From Carcharhinus amblyrhynchos (lineage: Eukaryota): a stretch of DNA of 64,000 bases. Position numbers and translations under genes: made by a program. Shown piece by piece: positions 14,101-26,402 of this stretch. Under the pieces are notes generated by a model. The model was not told the DNA's origin. It was given only the letters and a program-made list of their open reading frames with translations, and did no database searches. How positions within the stretch are numbered: the stretch's first letter is position 1; every line of letters begins with the position of its first letter. The stretch is from positions 68,696,001 through 68,760,000 of the forward strand of contig OZ336884.1 of assembly GCA_965287045.1 (NCBI GenBank). The letters run 5' to 3'.

Positions 14101-15765
14101 ATAGCCAACATCTTACCAGTTATCAAATGATGTCTCTGCTCTGCAGCTTGCCTTGTGGAAGGCAATTGTGTCTTATGGTTTACATTGGAAGATTTATGTG
14201 AATAGAAACAGTGTTTTCTCCCTGTTGGCAGTCAGGCAGTCATTACTGGAGGTCACACTAAGAATCCCATGGTAATGTACAATAATTTAATTTATCTGTC
14301 TTTATAAACAATTGTGATAAATATGGGACAGAAGACGATTGGAAATGAATTTTTTTTGATCTGCTGCCACTGAACACGTCATCCTTTTAAAACTAAGACA
14401 AGATTTTAGCGTGAAAGTTGAGAGTTTTCAGCAGCTTGCTAATGTACTAAGAAGAAAATAATCGACATGTTTGGCTTTTTATCCTCAAAGTCAGCTTCAT
14501 TTTTTGGACAGAACTCTGATGTATCATACTTTTACGTCATTTTGGTTTCAATGCGTTGTTCTCTCAAGGATTTGGTCAGAACTTCAACTTAATTGTTGGC
14601 TGTTCTAAACTTTAATAAAACATCAATTTATTCCAAACCCCTTTTGGGTGTTGTCAGATGTCAAAAGCCATCTGAGGAAATATATAAGCAGACATCATGT
14701 TCAATGCCGAGCACTCAGATTCTTTCAGCTTTAATTAATTAAAGCAACAAAATGGTTATGATTCCCATCGTCATTTGGTGCTTATATCAGGAAGCTGGGT
14801 TTGAATCTGTGGCCAGATTGATTAGATGAAGTGCTTTTACTTCCATTTGCTGCGCACATTCTAACCGGAGCAAGCAGTTATCTGAACTCCAACTGAGTGG
14901 GTGTCTGAGTTAGAAAATTGGCTGCAATTTTAGCATTGAATTGGCAATCTTCTTCAGAAAGGTCATTGGGACAATTGGTTTAGGAAATGGAATTCAAATC
15001 AGGATGGAAATTCTCAGCAGGTCCTGACAGCATCGAGAAACAGAGTTAAGGTTTTGAGTCAAATATGACTTCTTCAGTAATGAAGAGACACATTGAACTT
15101 CAAACATCCCCAATTGGGGACAACAATTTGGACCAGTATTTTTATTTCCCTGTTTGTACCGATGCTCCATTTTAAGACATACAAGACCAGTTCAAATCAG
15201 TATTCTTCTATCTCCATGTATACTTTTCTGTCCTTCTCTGTTTCTCTCTCCACAGATGCTGCCAGACCTGCTGAGTATTTCAGCACATTCTGATTTTATT
15301 TCAGATTTCCAGCATTTTGCCATATTTTGCTTTTAGATTGGGAAATTGAATTGTTTCTCTTTTGAAGTCTAGATTAAGACACATTTCAGCTCAGGTGAAA
15401 TAAAGATGGAGTTCTGAACTGTGTCATTTTTAACTTTGAAGTGTTTGAGGCTGAGTACAAAAGGTGAGGAAAGTATTTGTTTGTTCTGCCATACTTCACA
15501 CCTTTAATCAGCAGGAAGTATTAAGGCTAACTGTCTGACCTACCCGTACAACCCCTCAAATAAACCCTGGCTCATCCATTGATTTTATTGCATGTATATG
15601 ATTTATACATTGTGAAACTTTTGGAGATGGAAGCTTGCAACCAATTAGATCCATTGTTTTTATTCATTCATAGAATATGGGCATCGCAGGCTAGACCAGC
15701 ATTTATTGCCCATCCTAATTGCCCTTGAGAAAGTTTCATTAGTTGCCTCTTAAACCCCTGCAGAT

Positions 15766-16080
15766 AAGAACATAAGAACTTAAGAAATAGGAGCAGGAGT
15801 AGGCCATCTAGCCCTTCGAGCCTGCCCCGCCATTCAATAAGATCATGGCTGATCTGTTGTGGCTCAGTTCCACTTTCCCGCCCTCTCCCCATAACCCTTA
15901 ATCCCCTCTCTTATCAAGAACCCATCAACCCGCTTCTTAAAAATATTTAGCGAGGCAGCCTCCACCACTTCAACGGGCAGAGAATTCCAGAGATTCACCA
16001 CCCTTTGAGTGAAGAAGTTCCTCCTCAACTCCGTTCTAAACCGCCTCCCCTTTATCTTGAGGCTGTGCCCCCTAGTCCTA
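15766..16080 (-). mobile_element. CR1 3' end inserted in a second-family LINE
   Basis: AAGAACATAAGAAC tail and a CR1 3' UTR/ORF end. Confidence 0.75.
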
Positions 16081-16954
16081 CTGTCTTTTTTGAGATGCTG
16101 TTAGTACACCTACAGTACTGCTGGGAAGGGATTGTCAGGATTGCCAAAGATGTGAAGGTTCGGTTGATTGGCCATGCTAAATTTCTCCTTAGTGTCAGGG
16201 GGATTAGCAGAGTAAATGCGTGGGGTTACAGGGATAGGGCCTGGGTGAGATTGTTGTTGGTGCAGGCTCAATTGGCTGAATGGCATCTTTCTATACCGCA
16301 GAGATTCTATGATTTATCCAGCAACAGTGAAGGAATGGTAGTATTGTTCCAAGTCAAGATAGTGCTTGAAGGGAACTTGCAGGCAGTGTTGTTCCTTTAT
16401 ATCTGCTTCCCTTGTTCTTCTAAGTTGTAGAGGTCTCAGGTTTTGAAGGTGTTGTTGTCATTAAAGGCTGAGGTGAGTTGCTCTCGTGCACCTTGCAGAT
16501 AGTACACATTGTTGCTACTGTGCATGTTTAAGGTGGGGGATGGGATGGTAATCAAGCATCTGTTCATTTTCTTTCAAATTATTTTCTTTGAACACTTCCA
16601 TTTATTTGTTATAAAATTATTGGAAATGGGGAAGAAAGTTTGTTTGAGTAAGCATAGGTGAAAGGGCATGTGATTAGACCTCTAGGAATATGTCCAACTC
16701 GAGTTGGCAATCCTACTTATGATCCCTAAGGCTTGCCCTTGTCATTCTGATTTTAGTTTAGCAGGCGTGAATGTCCACACTGGGTAACTAGAAATTTGAC
16801 AGATGGCTGTGGATTGTGCAACAACTTGGTTTGTATCTTTTAAAACATAGCAGTAAAGACTTGTGTCAGATATCTGATCACCTACAAAAAGGTGAACAGA
16901 GGCTGAGTTATCACTTTGATTTTCACAGTTCTGTTTTCGCTTTACATTTTACAG

Positions 16955-17035
16955 TCCCTTATTTTTGATGAAGTTGACCTATCGGATGCAAGTGTCGCTG
17001 AATCAAGCACAAAAAACGTCAATAACAGCTTCACG
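16955..17035 (+). CDS. DGKH: Internal coding exon (81 bp, phase 0/0) of a type II diacylglycerol kinase, PH domain
   Basis: Pyrimidine tract plus ACAG acceptor (16951-16954) and GTATGT donor at 17036. Translates [27 protein letters not shown], about 2 residues different from each of human DGKH and DGKD as recalled, so the paralogue is uncertain. Neighbouring exons were not found in the window. Confidence 0.88.
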
Positions 17036-17289
17036 GTATGTCTTTGTTGTCATCATTCCTTTATCAAAGTATTGGGTGATTGGTCTGACTACTAAGGTTA
17101 TTATCAAACAGTAATGGAGATCTCTATCAGTTTCTGTTGCCTTCAGTGTTTATATTGTGTACAAACCCTATGACCATATTCTTTCTCGTACGACTGAATA
17201 CTGAAATTCCTAGATGGAATTACTAGGAATGCAGTTTTGTTATAATTACTGGTGCCATTCACTAGCAGCCATCTTTGAAAGTCTTCTCA

Positions 17290-17600
17290 ACTTTGTTAGC
17301 TTGACTCAGCTGGTAAGCAGAGTCAGACATTGTTAAGCCAGGCAGCATTGAGCACTTGGTCTCAAACAGTACATCAGTGTGGTTTTGAGGCAAATATTCT
17401 CGGAGGAGTCACACTTTGGATGAGTCAATAAAGGGAGACTTTGCCTGCCGATTTAGATAGACTTAAAAGGTCCCTTGCAACAATTTGATGAAGTTGGGGC
17501 TTTTCCAATACCATGACCAACATTACTGCCTCAACTAAAATATACCACTGAAAAAAACAAATTAATAAGTCATTCACTTTGTTTACCATTATTGGGATCA
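17290..17600 (+). mobile_element. Old DeuSINE (SacSINE1/AmnSINE-like) copy
   Basis: Degenerate similarity to the recalled Deu-domain SINE consensus. Other pieces lie at ~27670-28500 and 63600-63720(-). Confidence 0.5.
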
Positions 17601-17779
17601 ACAAGGCCCTAAATAAGGTCATGAATGATCATTTTCTGTGATGTTATTTACCTGTTTGAAAATCAAGCTCACCCACAGCTAGCCGTCTAAATGCATAAAA
17701 TCCTAAATATTAGATGTTAATTCAAATCTTGCTGGGGCAGGGCAGCTCACATACCATTAGTTAGACTTTCTCCCTTTAC

Positions 17780-18084
17780 TTTTTTTTTGTTTTTATTCCA
17801 ATTCAATCAATCCCAATTCAGAGTCTCAATAAGTTGAGACATTCCCAACTCAAGCTGACAAGACAGGGCTCTCACCTCCTGTCTTGGGCTTCATCTACAT
17901 GATCCAAGCTGATTGGAGTAGGCATAGCTCCTCTCCAAGCTTTGATTTCATTTGCGTCTTAGCCAAAAGGCCTCGATGCCACTTTTAAAAATTGCTTCAA
18001 ATGAAGCTAAAATGTAACCTAATGACTTCAACCAAGCACAGCATGTCGTTATTACACTTGATCTTAGCCAAAAGGCTGAGGAGC
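17780..18084 (-). mobile_element. U2 snRNA-headed retroposed element (SINEU-like or Keno/Tx1-related)
   Basis: 18053-18084 matches the U2 5' end at 30/32 nt. A second U2 motif GGCCTTTTGGCTAAGA lies at 17957-17972. The element ends in AATAAA plus an A-rich tail. Confidence 0.7.
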
Positions 18085-18399
18085 TTAAGCTTGAAAAATC
18101 TTAACTTGCTGCAAGTGTAAGCTAATAACGATGCAGTGGGAGCAATGTGGTATCTGGAACCTCAATGAATAAAAGGAACAACAAAGGAGATTAAAGATTG
18201 ATAAAGAAACAAAGGAATGATTGACAATTAAAGTCAAATCAGGTAGGGTAAAGAAACACAAAGAGAGAAAGAAAGATTGGATTAAAGGAGGTACAAAAAT
18301 ATTAAAGATTGGGTACATTTGTGCAAATATCTTTGAAGACAGCACGACTGGTTTCTTATTTATAAAGCCCAAGGATATGGGATCTTGGGCTTTAAAGAC

Positions 18400-18710
18400 A
18401 GTGGCACAGAATGAAAAGGCAGTTCAGCCCTGGTTAGAGCATTGTGTCCAATTAAGAGTACCACGTTTAAAGAACGATGTGAAGGCTTTGGAAAGGGTAC
18501 AAAAGGAGATTACTAAGAATGATTCCACAGTTGAGGCAAATAATTACCCACGTAGACTTAGATGACATAGGGCTGTTCTCTTCAGAGCAGAAAAGACCAG
18601 GGAAGATTTGTTAGAGAAACTATTTACAATACTGAAGAGCTGATAACCAGATGCCATAGATTTAAGGTGTTTGGTAAAAATGGCAGAGGCAACATGAGGA
18701 AAAACTTATT
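18400..18710 (+). mobile_element. Old CR1 fragment
   Basis: Motif LEHCVQLRVPRLKNDVKALERVQ. Confidence 0.65.
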
Positions 18711-19625
18711 TTGGAATGTCATGATGCCCATGGGAAAATTGCAACCCAAATAACCCTTAAATGAAGAAATTACCAACAAGACAATGGTAAAATAAGTTAG
18801 TATTGATGCAATTAAACATGAATTAACAGACCAATGATACTTCAGATAAAAAGGTAAATTTCACTAAGATACATCTCACACAGTCAGAAGCAGATATGCA
18901 ATGCTACATAACTATGTGTTGTTATTTATTCACCCAAGATAGGTTAGGAACCCTATCTGACAACAACTTCCACCTTTGAGTTTCATGGATGTGAGTATCA
19001 TCAGCTAGACAAACTTCTATGAACTCTCTCTCTCTCTCTCTCCCCCTCGAGTTAGTACAGTATTGATCACTTAACTTTCCAGTGTTCCTTTTCAATCAAC
19101 CAGCCAATAACAGGCCGATTGATGGTTTGGTCACTTTTGGGAAAACACCCAGCTCTCTGGTAACACCAATCTATTGACACAACTTTCCAGGTTTTAGACC
19201 TTTTTAGCCAGCTCATACAATACCCCCAAGAACTCCTTTCTCCTTTTCTGCCAAACAGGAAAACTGATCATTTCTTTAGAATAATTTACTTCTTCTCCTC
19301 ACAAGAATTTCCCGTGTTCCTCTTTCTGTCATTGTTTTTTCTTTGTGTCTGCATCTATACATTGATCACCTTCACTGTCTGCTTGCAGCCCTCCTTTGTG
19401 TCTGCCCACACGGCTTCTATCTGAACTTCCTTCCAGTAAGTACTACTGTCGGGTAAAAGGTTGCTAGGTCACATGGACTAGCATTTTTTATTATCCAAAA
19501 TGTTGCAATTGATCCCTTTACAATTGATGCAGACTCTTAAAAGTTCTTTCAAACATTCCTAAACACAATTAGAGATTTAACAAGCATTTTAAAGAAATTA
19601 TAAATCTGTTCTACCTTACAGTATC

Positions 19626-20250
19626 ATGAGCTTTATTAGTAGGGGCATGGAGTACCAGCAAGGAGGTTATGCTGAACTCATACAAGACACTTGTCGAACC
19701 TCAGCTGGGTATTGTGTACGGTTCTGGATGTCACACTATAGGAAAACTGTGAATGTGTTGGGGTCAGTGCAGAAGAGGTTTACAAGAATGGTTTCAGGGA
19801 TGAGAAACTTCAATTATGAGGATAGATTGGAGAAGTTGGGACTGTTCTCCTTGGAGAGAAAGAAGCTAAGAAGAAATTGATGGCAATGTCCAAAATCATG
19901 AACGGGCTGGATAGAGTAGATAGAGAGTTACTGTTCCTGCTCGTAAAAAGATTGAGAATAAGAGGCCACAGATTTAAAGTGATTTGCAAAAGAAACAAAC
20001 GTGGTGTGAGAAAAACCTTTTCATACAATAAGTGGTTCAGGTTTGGAATGCATTGCCTGGAAATGTGGTGGAGGCAGTTTCAAACAAGGCATTCAAGAGA
20101 GCGTTGGATGATTATTGAATAGAAACAATGCGCAGGAGTACAAAGAAAAGGCAGGAGAATGGAACCAAATCATGATGTTCATTTGGAGAGCTGGTGCAGA
20201 CGCAATGAGCTGAATTGTCTCCTTCTGTATCATAACAATTCCGTGATTCC
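19626..20250 (+). mobile_element. CR1 3' fragment
   Basis: Motif VQKRFTRMVSGMRNFNYEDRLEKLGLFSLE followed by a 3' UTR. Confidence 0.85.
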
Positions 20251-20581
20251 AGTTCAAGGACATCACATCACTGAGTGGCTAGAATTGGGAATGCAGTGCC
20301 TCAGAAGGTGGTGGAAACACATTCAGTGGTAATCTTAAAAATTAATTTGGATAAACACTGGAAGAGAAACAAAATTGCTGGGTTATCGGGAAAGAGCAGA
20401 CAAGTGGTATGAACTAGATTACTAACTAAGATCACTTAGATTCTCTAAGATAGAGATGGCCCACACTGATGGGCTGAATTCTGTGTTCCATTACTATATA
20501 ATTTTATAAGAGAGAGGGAAGTGAGGCAGAAAGAAAAAAATAAGAAAAAACATTTAACAAAACATTTTGGAGCACTGCTTT

Positions 20582-20666
20582 GGAAGGGGAAGCGTTCCGA
20601 AAGCGAGTGGCTTTTGCGACCAAATAAACCTGTTAGACTTTAACCTGGTGTTGTGAGACTTCTTAC
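20582..20666 (+). mobile_element. Short Penelope pLTR fragment
   Basis: CCGAAAGC...CCAAATAAACCTGTTAGACTTTAACCTGGTGTTGTGAGACTTCTTAC matches the end of the 56-58 kb Penelope. A similar piece lies at 61663-61746. Confidence 0.8.
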
Positions 20667-20814
20667 AATAAATGCTGGCCAGCCAGCGACACCCATGTTC
20701 CACAAATGAACTTAAAAAAAATTTCCATCACCCTCACCCCGACACACCAACACACACTCACACCCACTCACACAGTGAGTAAGGGTGAATGAATGAGCAA
20801 CCTGACTGACATCC

Positions 20815-20834
20815 ACACACACACACACACACAC
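20815..20834 (+). repeat. (CA)n microsatellite
   Basis: About 10 CA units. Confidence 0.9.
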
Positions 20835-21829
20835 ATACTCACTCACAGTCTAATGGTCATTTTTATTAATTACTCACTTTTAAACTTATTATTTTCTTGC
20901 TTTGATATTTTATTTTGCTGAGAAAGATGTTTCTTTTCTTCACACCTCAGCTTTATTTTAAAAAATTATGTTTAATGCTGTGCTAATTATATTTCTGATA
21001 TTTGCTCATCTTCCCCTTGAGTGAGAAAAAAATTGAACTCCCCTCCTGCTCCACCTCCCGTCCCCTCCACCTCCCGTCCCCTCCCGGTCCATCTCCCCTC
21101 CCCTCCTGCTCCCGGCCTAACTGTGAGCGGAGAGCAAGCTGTTTTTGCATGAAGCAAATGGCAAGGAGCATTAATCAAGCAGTAACTTCTTGAGATTCAC
21201 AACTCATAATGTATCACTACCCCTCTGAATAAAGTGGCTACTTCGGGCATTCATAATGGTTTGCATCTAATACACCATTGTTTTTCTCCTGAGATTTTTC
21301 ACATGTGGCTTGTTATGTATCAGGAAAAAAGGATCAGCCATTCAATTCTGACACCATCATCATCTCTGTTTTGTTCACAAATATGTTTGTATGGTAACCC
21401 TCTCTGAATTTGGAGGACATTGGTACGTTTACTTTATCTTGGTTTTTTTTAAGAATTTATTTTTACCTTGTCTACTTCAAATTGGGCAGTTTGTCCGAAA
21501 CTATTAGAAACTGCTTGCACGGCTCAACAAATTGCAAATTCAGGAACTTTTGTATCCTGTCTACATTGACAGTTTAGTGGAACAGATGAATCAGTTGAGA
21601 AAGAGTAATTAATATGCAGCTTTTATGAATTCATCATGTGTCATTATATCTTTTTTCTATATATAGTGTTTAATAAAACTGCATGGCAGCTTGGAGTCTA
21701 AGTCACTGTCCAATAAAGTGTTTGTCAGTTTGTGAAGATGAGGAAAAGCATGTGAAAGCATGTGAACTGAATAGAGTAAGGAGAGTATCCTCCTCCTTTT
21801 ATTCTTTCCCAGGATGTGTGTCACTGACA

Positions 21830-24800
21830 CAACTAACATTTATTGCGCAACTCTAATTGCCCTTGAGAAGGTGGTGGTGAACCGCCTTCTTGAACAGCTG
21901 CAGTCCATGTAGTGTTGCTACACCAGGGAGTAAGTTCCAGGATTTTGACCCAGTGATAGTGAAGGAAAGATGATTTAGTTCCAAGTCAGGATGGTGATTG
22001 GCTAGGAGGGGAACTTGATGGTGATGGCTTTTTCATGCATCTGCTGCCCTTGTTCTTTTGGGTGGCAGAAGTCATGGGTTTAGAAGGTGCTGTCAAATGA
22101 ATCTTGTTGAGTTGCTGCAGTGCATCTTGTAGACGGTATACGCTGCTGCCACTGTGCATTGGAGATGGAGGGAGTGAATGTTGAAGGTGGTGGAAGTGGC
22201 GCCAATCAAGTGGACTTCTTTGTCCTGGATGGTGTTCAGTTTCCTGTGTTGTTGAAGCCGCACTCAGCCAGGCAAGAACATAGAACATTACAGCACAGTA
22301 CCGGCCCTTTGGCCCTCGATGTTGCGCCGACCAGTGGAACCAATCTAATGACCCTCTAACCTAAACTATTCCAATGTTATCCATATGCCTATCCACTGAC
22401 CATTTGAACGTCCTTAAAGTTGGCGAGTCCACAACCGCTGCAGGCAGGGCATTCCACGCCCTTATTACCCTCTGAGTAAAGAACCTACCTCTGACATCCG
22501 TCCTATAACTATCACCCCTTAATTTAAAGCTATGTACCCTCGTGTTAGCCATCACCATCCGAGGAAAAAGGCTCTCACTGTCCACCCTATCCAATCCGTT
22601 GATCATCTTGTATGCCTCAATTAGGTCACCTCGTAACCTTCTTCTCTCTAATGAAAATAACCTCAAGTCCCTCAGCCTTTCCTCATAAGACCTTCCCACC
22701 ATACCAGGCAACATCCTGGTAAACCTCCTCTGCACCCTTTCCAATGCCTCCACATCTTTCTTATAATGCGGCGACCAGAACTGTACACAATACTCCAAGT
22801 GCGGCCGCACCAGAGTTTTGTACAATTGTAACATGACCCCACGGCTCCGAAATTCAATCCCTCTACCAATAAAAGCTAACACACCATACGCCTTCTTAAC
22901 AACCTTATCAACCTGGGTGCCAACTTTCAGGGAGCTATGCACGTGTACCCCGAGATCTCTCTGCTCGTCAACGTTACTAAGAGTCCTTCCATTAGCCCTA
23001 TATTCTGAACTCCTGTTACTCTTACCAAAGTGAACCACCTCACACTTTTCCGTATTAAACTCCATTTGCCACCTCTCGGCCCAGGTCTGCAGCTTATCTA
23101 TGTCCCTCTGCAAACTGTAACATCCATCCTCACTGTCTACAACTCCTCCAACTTTGGTGTCGTCAGCAAATTTACTCATCCGTCCTTCTACACCCTCATC
23201 TAGGTCATTTATAAAAATGACAAACAGCGGTGGCCCCAAAACAGATCCTTGAGGTACACCACTTGTAACTGAACTCCAGGTTGAATATTTCCCATCAACC
23301 ACCACCCTCTGTCTTCTATCAGCTAGCCAATTCCTGATTCAAACTGCTAAATCACCCTCAGTCCCATGCATCTGCATTTTCTGCAGTAGCCTACCATGGG
23401 GAACCTTATCAAACGCTTTGCTAAAATCCATATACACCACGTCAACTGCCTTACCCTTATCCACCTCTTTGGTCACCTTTTCAAAAAACTCAATGAGGTT
23501 TGTGAGGCACGACCTACCCTTCACAAAACCGTGTTGACTATCCCTAATCAATTTATTTCCCTCTAGATGATTATAAATCCTATCCCTTATAATTCTTTTC
23601 AAAACTTTGTCCACAACAGTAAGGCTCACCGGTCTATAATTCCCAGGATGGTCTCTACTCCCCTTCTTGAACAAGGGGACAACATTTGCTATCCTCCAGT
23701 CTTCTGGCACTATACCTGTAGCCAATGACGACATGAAGATCAAAGCCAAAGGCTCTGCAATCTCCTCCCTAGCCTCCCAGAGAATCCTAGGGTAAATCCC
23801 ATCCAGCCCAGGGGACTTATCTATTTTCATACTCTCAAGAATTGCTAACACCTCCTCCTTACGTACCTCAATCCCGTCTAGTCCACTACCTGGTATCGCA
23901 GTATTCTCCTTGAGTACACTGACTTTTTCCTGCATGAACACTGACGAAAAATACTCATTCAGTGTCTCTCCTATCTCTTCAGGCTCCACGCACAACTTCC
24001 CACTGCTGTGTCTAATCTTGGCCCTAATCTTGGCACTGCTGGCCCTAATCTTGCCCTAACCAATCTTTTATTCTTGACATACCTGTAGAAAGCTTTAGGA
24101 TTTTCCTTGATCCTATCCGCCAAAGTCTTCTCATGTCCTCTTCTAGCTCTTCTTAACTCTCTCTTTAGCTTCTTCCTGGCTAATTTATAACTCTCCAGTG
24201 CCCTAACTGAGCCTTCATGTCTCATCTTTACATAAGCCTCCTTCTTCCTTTTCACCAGAGATTCAACTTCCTTAGTACAGCACGGTTCCCTTGCTCGACC
24301 ACTTCCTCCCTGCCTAACAGGTACATATTTATCAAGGACTCGCAGTAGCTACTCCTTGAATAAGCTCCACATTTCAGATGTTCCCAGCCCCTGCAATTTC
24401 CTACTCCAACCTATGTATCCTAAATCTCTCCTTATAGCCTCATAATTACCTTTCCCCCAGCTATAACTTCTGCCCTTCGGTATATGCCTATCCCTTTCCA
24501 TCACTAAGGTAAATGTAACCAAATTGTGGTCACTATCACCAAAGTGCTCACCTACCTCCAAGTCTAACACCTGGTCTGGTTCATTACCCAGTACCAAATC
24601 CAATGCAGCCTCACCTCTTGTTGGCCTATCTACATAGGCAAGTGGAGAATTTTCCTCATTCTCCTGACTTGGGCTTTGTAGATGGTGGACAGACTTTGTG
24701 GAGTTAGGAGGTAAGTTACTTTCCACAGAATTCCAGTTTCTGACCTGCTCTTGTGGTCGCTGTTCATATATAGCTGGTCCAGTTCAGTTTCTAGTGAATG

Positions 24801-25260
24801 GTAATCCCCAGGATGTTGATGGTAGGGGATTTGGTGATGGTAATGCCATTGAATGTTAAGGGGCGATGGTTAGGTGTTCTCATGTTAGAGATGGTCATTG
24901 CCTGGCACTTCTGTGGTGCGAGTGTTACTTGGTCATTTATCATCCCAGGCCTGAATATTGTCAATCTTTTCCTGTATACGGACACAGTCAGCTTCAGTAT
25001 CTGAGGAATCGCAAATATGCAATTACACTGTGCAATTATCAGTGAAGATCCCCACTTCTGGCATTATGATGTAGCGACGTCACTGATGAAGCATCTGAAG
25101 ATGATGGGGCCACCTTAATGAACTCCTGAAACCAAAATAATTGATCTCTAACACCACAGTATGACTCTAACCAGTAAAGAGTTTCCCTCTGATTTCCATT
25201 GACTCCAGTTTTGTCAGGGTTCTTTGATGACACACTTGATCAGATGCTGCTGTCAAGGAC
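21830..25260 (-). mobile_element. Second LINE family (clade uncertain), host of the CR1 at 22277-24635
   Basis: Homologous to 2290-3190 (FAPQKCQAMTISN and TINILG motifs) and continuous across the CR1 TSD. Confidence 0.75.
22277..24635 (-). mobile_element. Young 5'-truncated CR1/HER1 LINE with a largely intact RT region
   Basis: ORFs 22361-23305 and 23339-23995 carry CR1 RT motifs (GNYRPVSLT, DFSKAFDKVPH, GVPQGSVLGP, KFADD). (TTCTATG)n-type tail. 7-bp TSD AGGCAAG at 22270-22276 and 24636-24642. Confidence 0.95.
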
Positions 25261-25726
25261 AATAACTCTCACGTATAAGTATGTTGGTTTGTTTCCTTAA
25301 AATACAACGTGTATTCCTCTTCTTATAAAATTTGGCAAGGGTGCCTTTTTTGAAAGAATGAACTGCTGATAAAATCGCAATATTATACATTTTAGTGGAA
25401 GCAATCTTGTTTGTGGAAATGAAGAAGCAGTAGCCAATTATCATGCACTTACAATAATGACTTTTTAATGCTGGACACACAGATAACAAGCCATTTAACT
25501 GATGTAATTGTTGATATGTTTGTTAATTGTCCCTATGGAACAAACAATTACAGTTGAAAAATGGGTGAACGGCAAGAAAAATATTCCTGATTCACGCAAC
25601 ACTGCGACAGTGGGAATTTTAACTTTGCAACTCAAGAATGGTTTAATAGAGATTATAATTCTTGAAAGCAATAGCAACACCATCAACTTATTTTTCATAG
25701 TAAAAAATATAAGTGATGCATAAAAT

Positions 25727-26030
25727 CATAGAATTCCTACAGTGCAGAAGAGACCATTTAGTCCATCAGGTCTGCACCAACTCTCTGACTAAAGTATTCT
25801 ACCCAGGCCCTCTTCCCAGCCCTATTCCTATAACCCGACAGATTTAGCATAGCCAATTCCCCATACCCTGCACATCTTTGGCGTGTGGGAGGAAACTGGA
25901 GCACCTGGAGGAAACCCACTCCGACATGGGAAGAATGTGCAAATTCCACACAGTCACCTAAAGCTGGAATTGAATCCGGGTTCCTGGAGCAATGAGGCAG
26001 CAGTGTTAACCATTGTGCAGCCATGCTGCT
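25727..26030 (-). mobile_element. HE1-type V-SINE
   Basis: Same architecture as 1860-2157. Confidence 0.88.
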
Positions 26031-26136
26031 CTCCATCTCAGTTAAAGTAATTTTACAGGATTTTTGTAATATAACAGATTGAGAGAGTAACAATATGTAT
26101 GTGAATCATACAGCAAAATCTCGCTGTCATATACAG

Positions 26137-26402
26137 CGGTGGAATGTTATGGTCCTACTGACAGCGCACCCCCGCCATGTTTTTCCTGGCAATGAGGGGT
26201 GTATTCAATGAGTAACCCCGCTGGCAACGGTGGGACTATAAGATCCTGCCAACCAGCGCTGCTGTCCATGGCCACAAAACAGGTGCAGAGAGAGAGGAAA
26301 ATCCCATACCATCCTGCCTGCCACGGGATTTTTAGCAAAGGTCCATTGACCTTGGGTGGGATTTTCTGGCCTTGGGGTGAGTGTGGCTGGAAAATCCCGC
26401 CC
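26137..26402. repeat. GC-rich palindromic MITE-like repeat
   Basis: Ends GCGGTGGAATGTT and AAAATCCCGCCC with internal inverted symmetry. Related copies lie at ~27772-27864, 28155-28370 and 55440-55648. Confidence 0.55.

Noticed and set aside
18053-18084. Functional U2 snRNA gene
   Set aside because: Only the first ~35 nt of U2 are represented, with no Sm site or 3' stem-loops.
22361-23995. Long ORFs as host genes
   Set aside because: They are CR1 ORF2 pieces of a 5'-truncated copy with stops and a TSD.
24001-24058. Small internal duplication or rearrangement in CR1 (GGCCCTAATCTTG repeats)
   Set aside because: It is a local slippage or repair scar with no sign of function.
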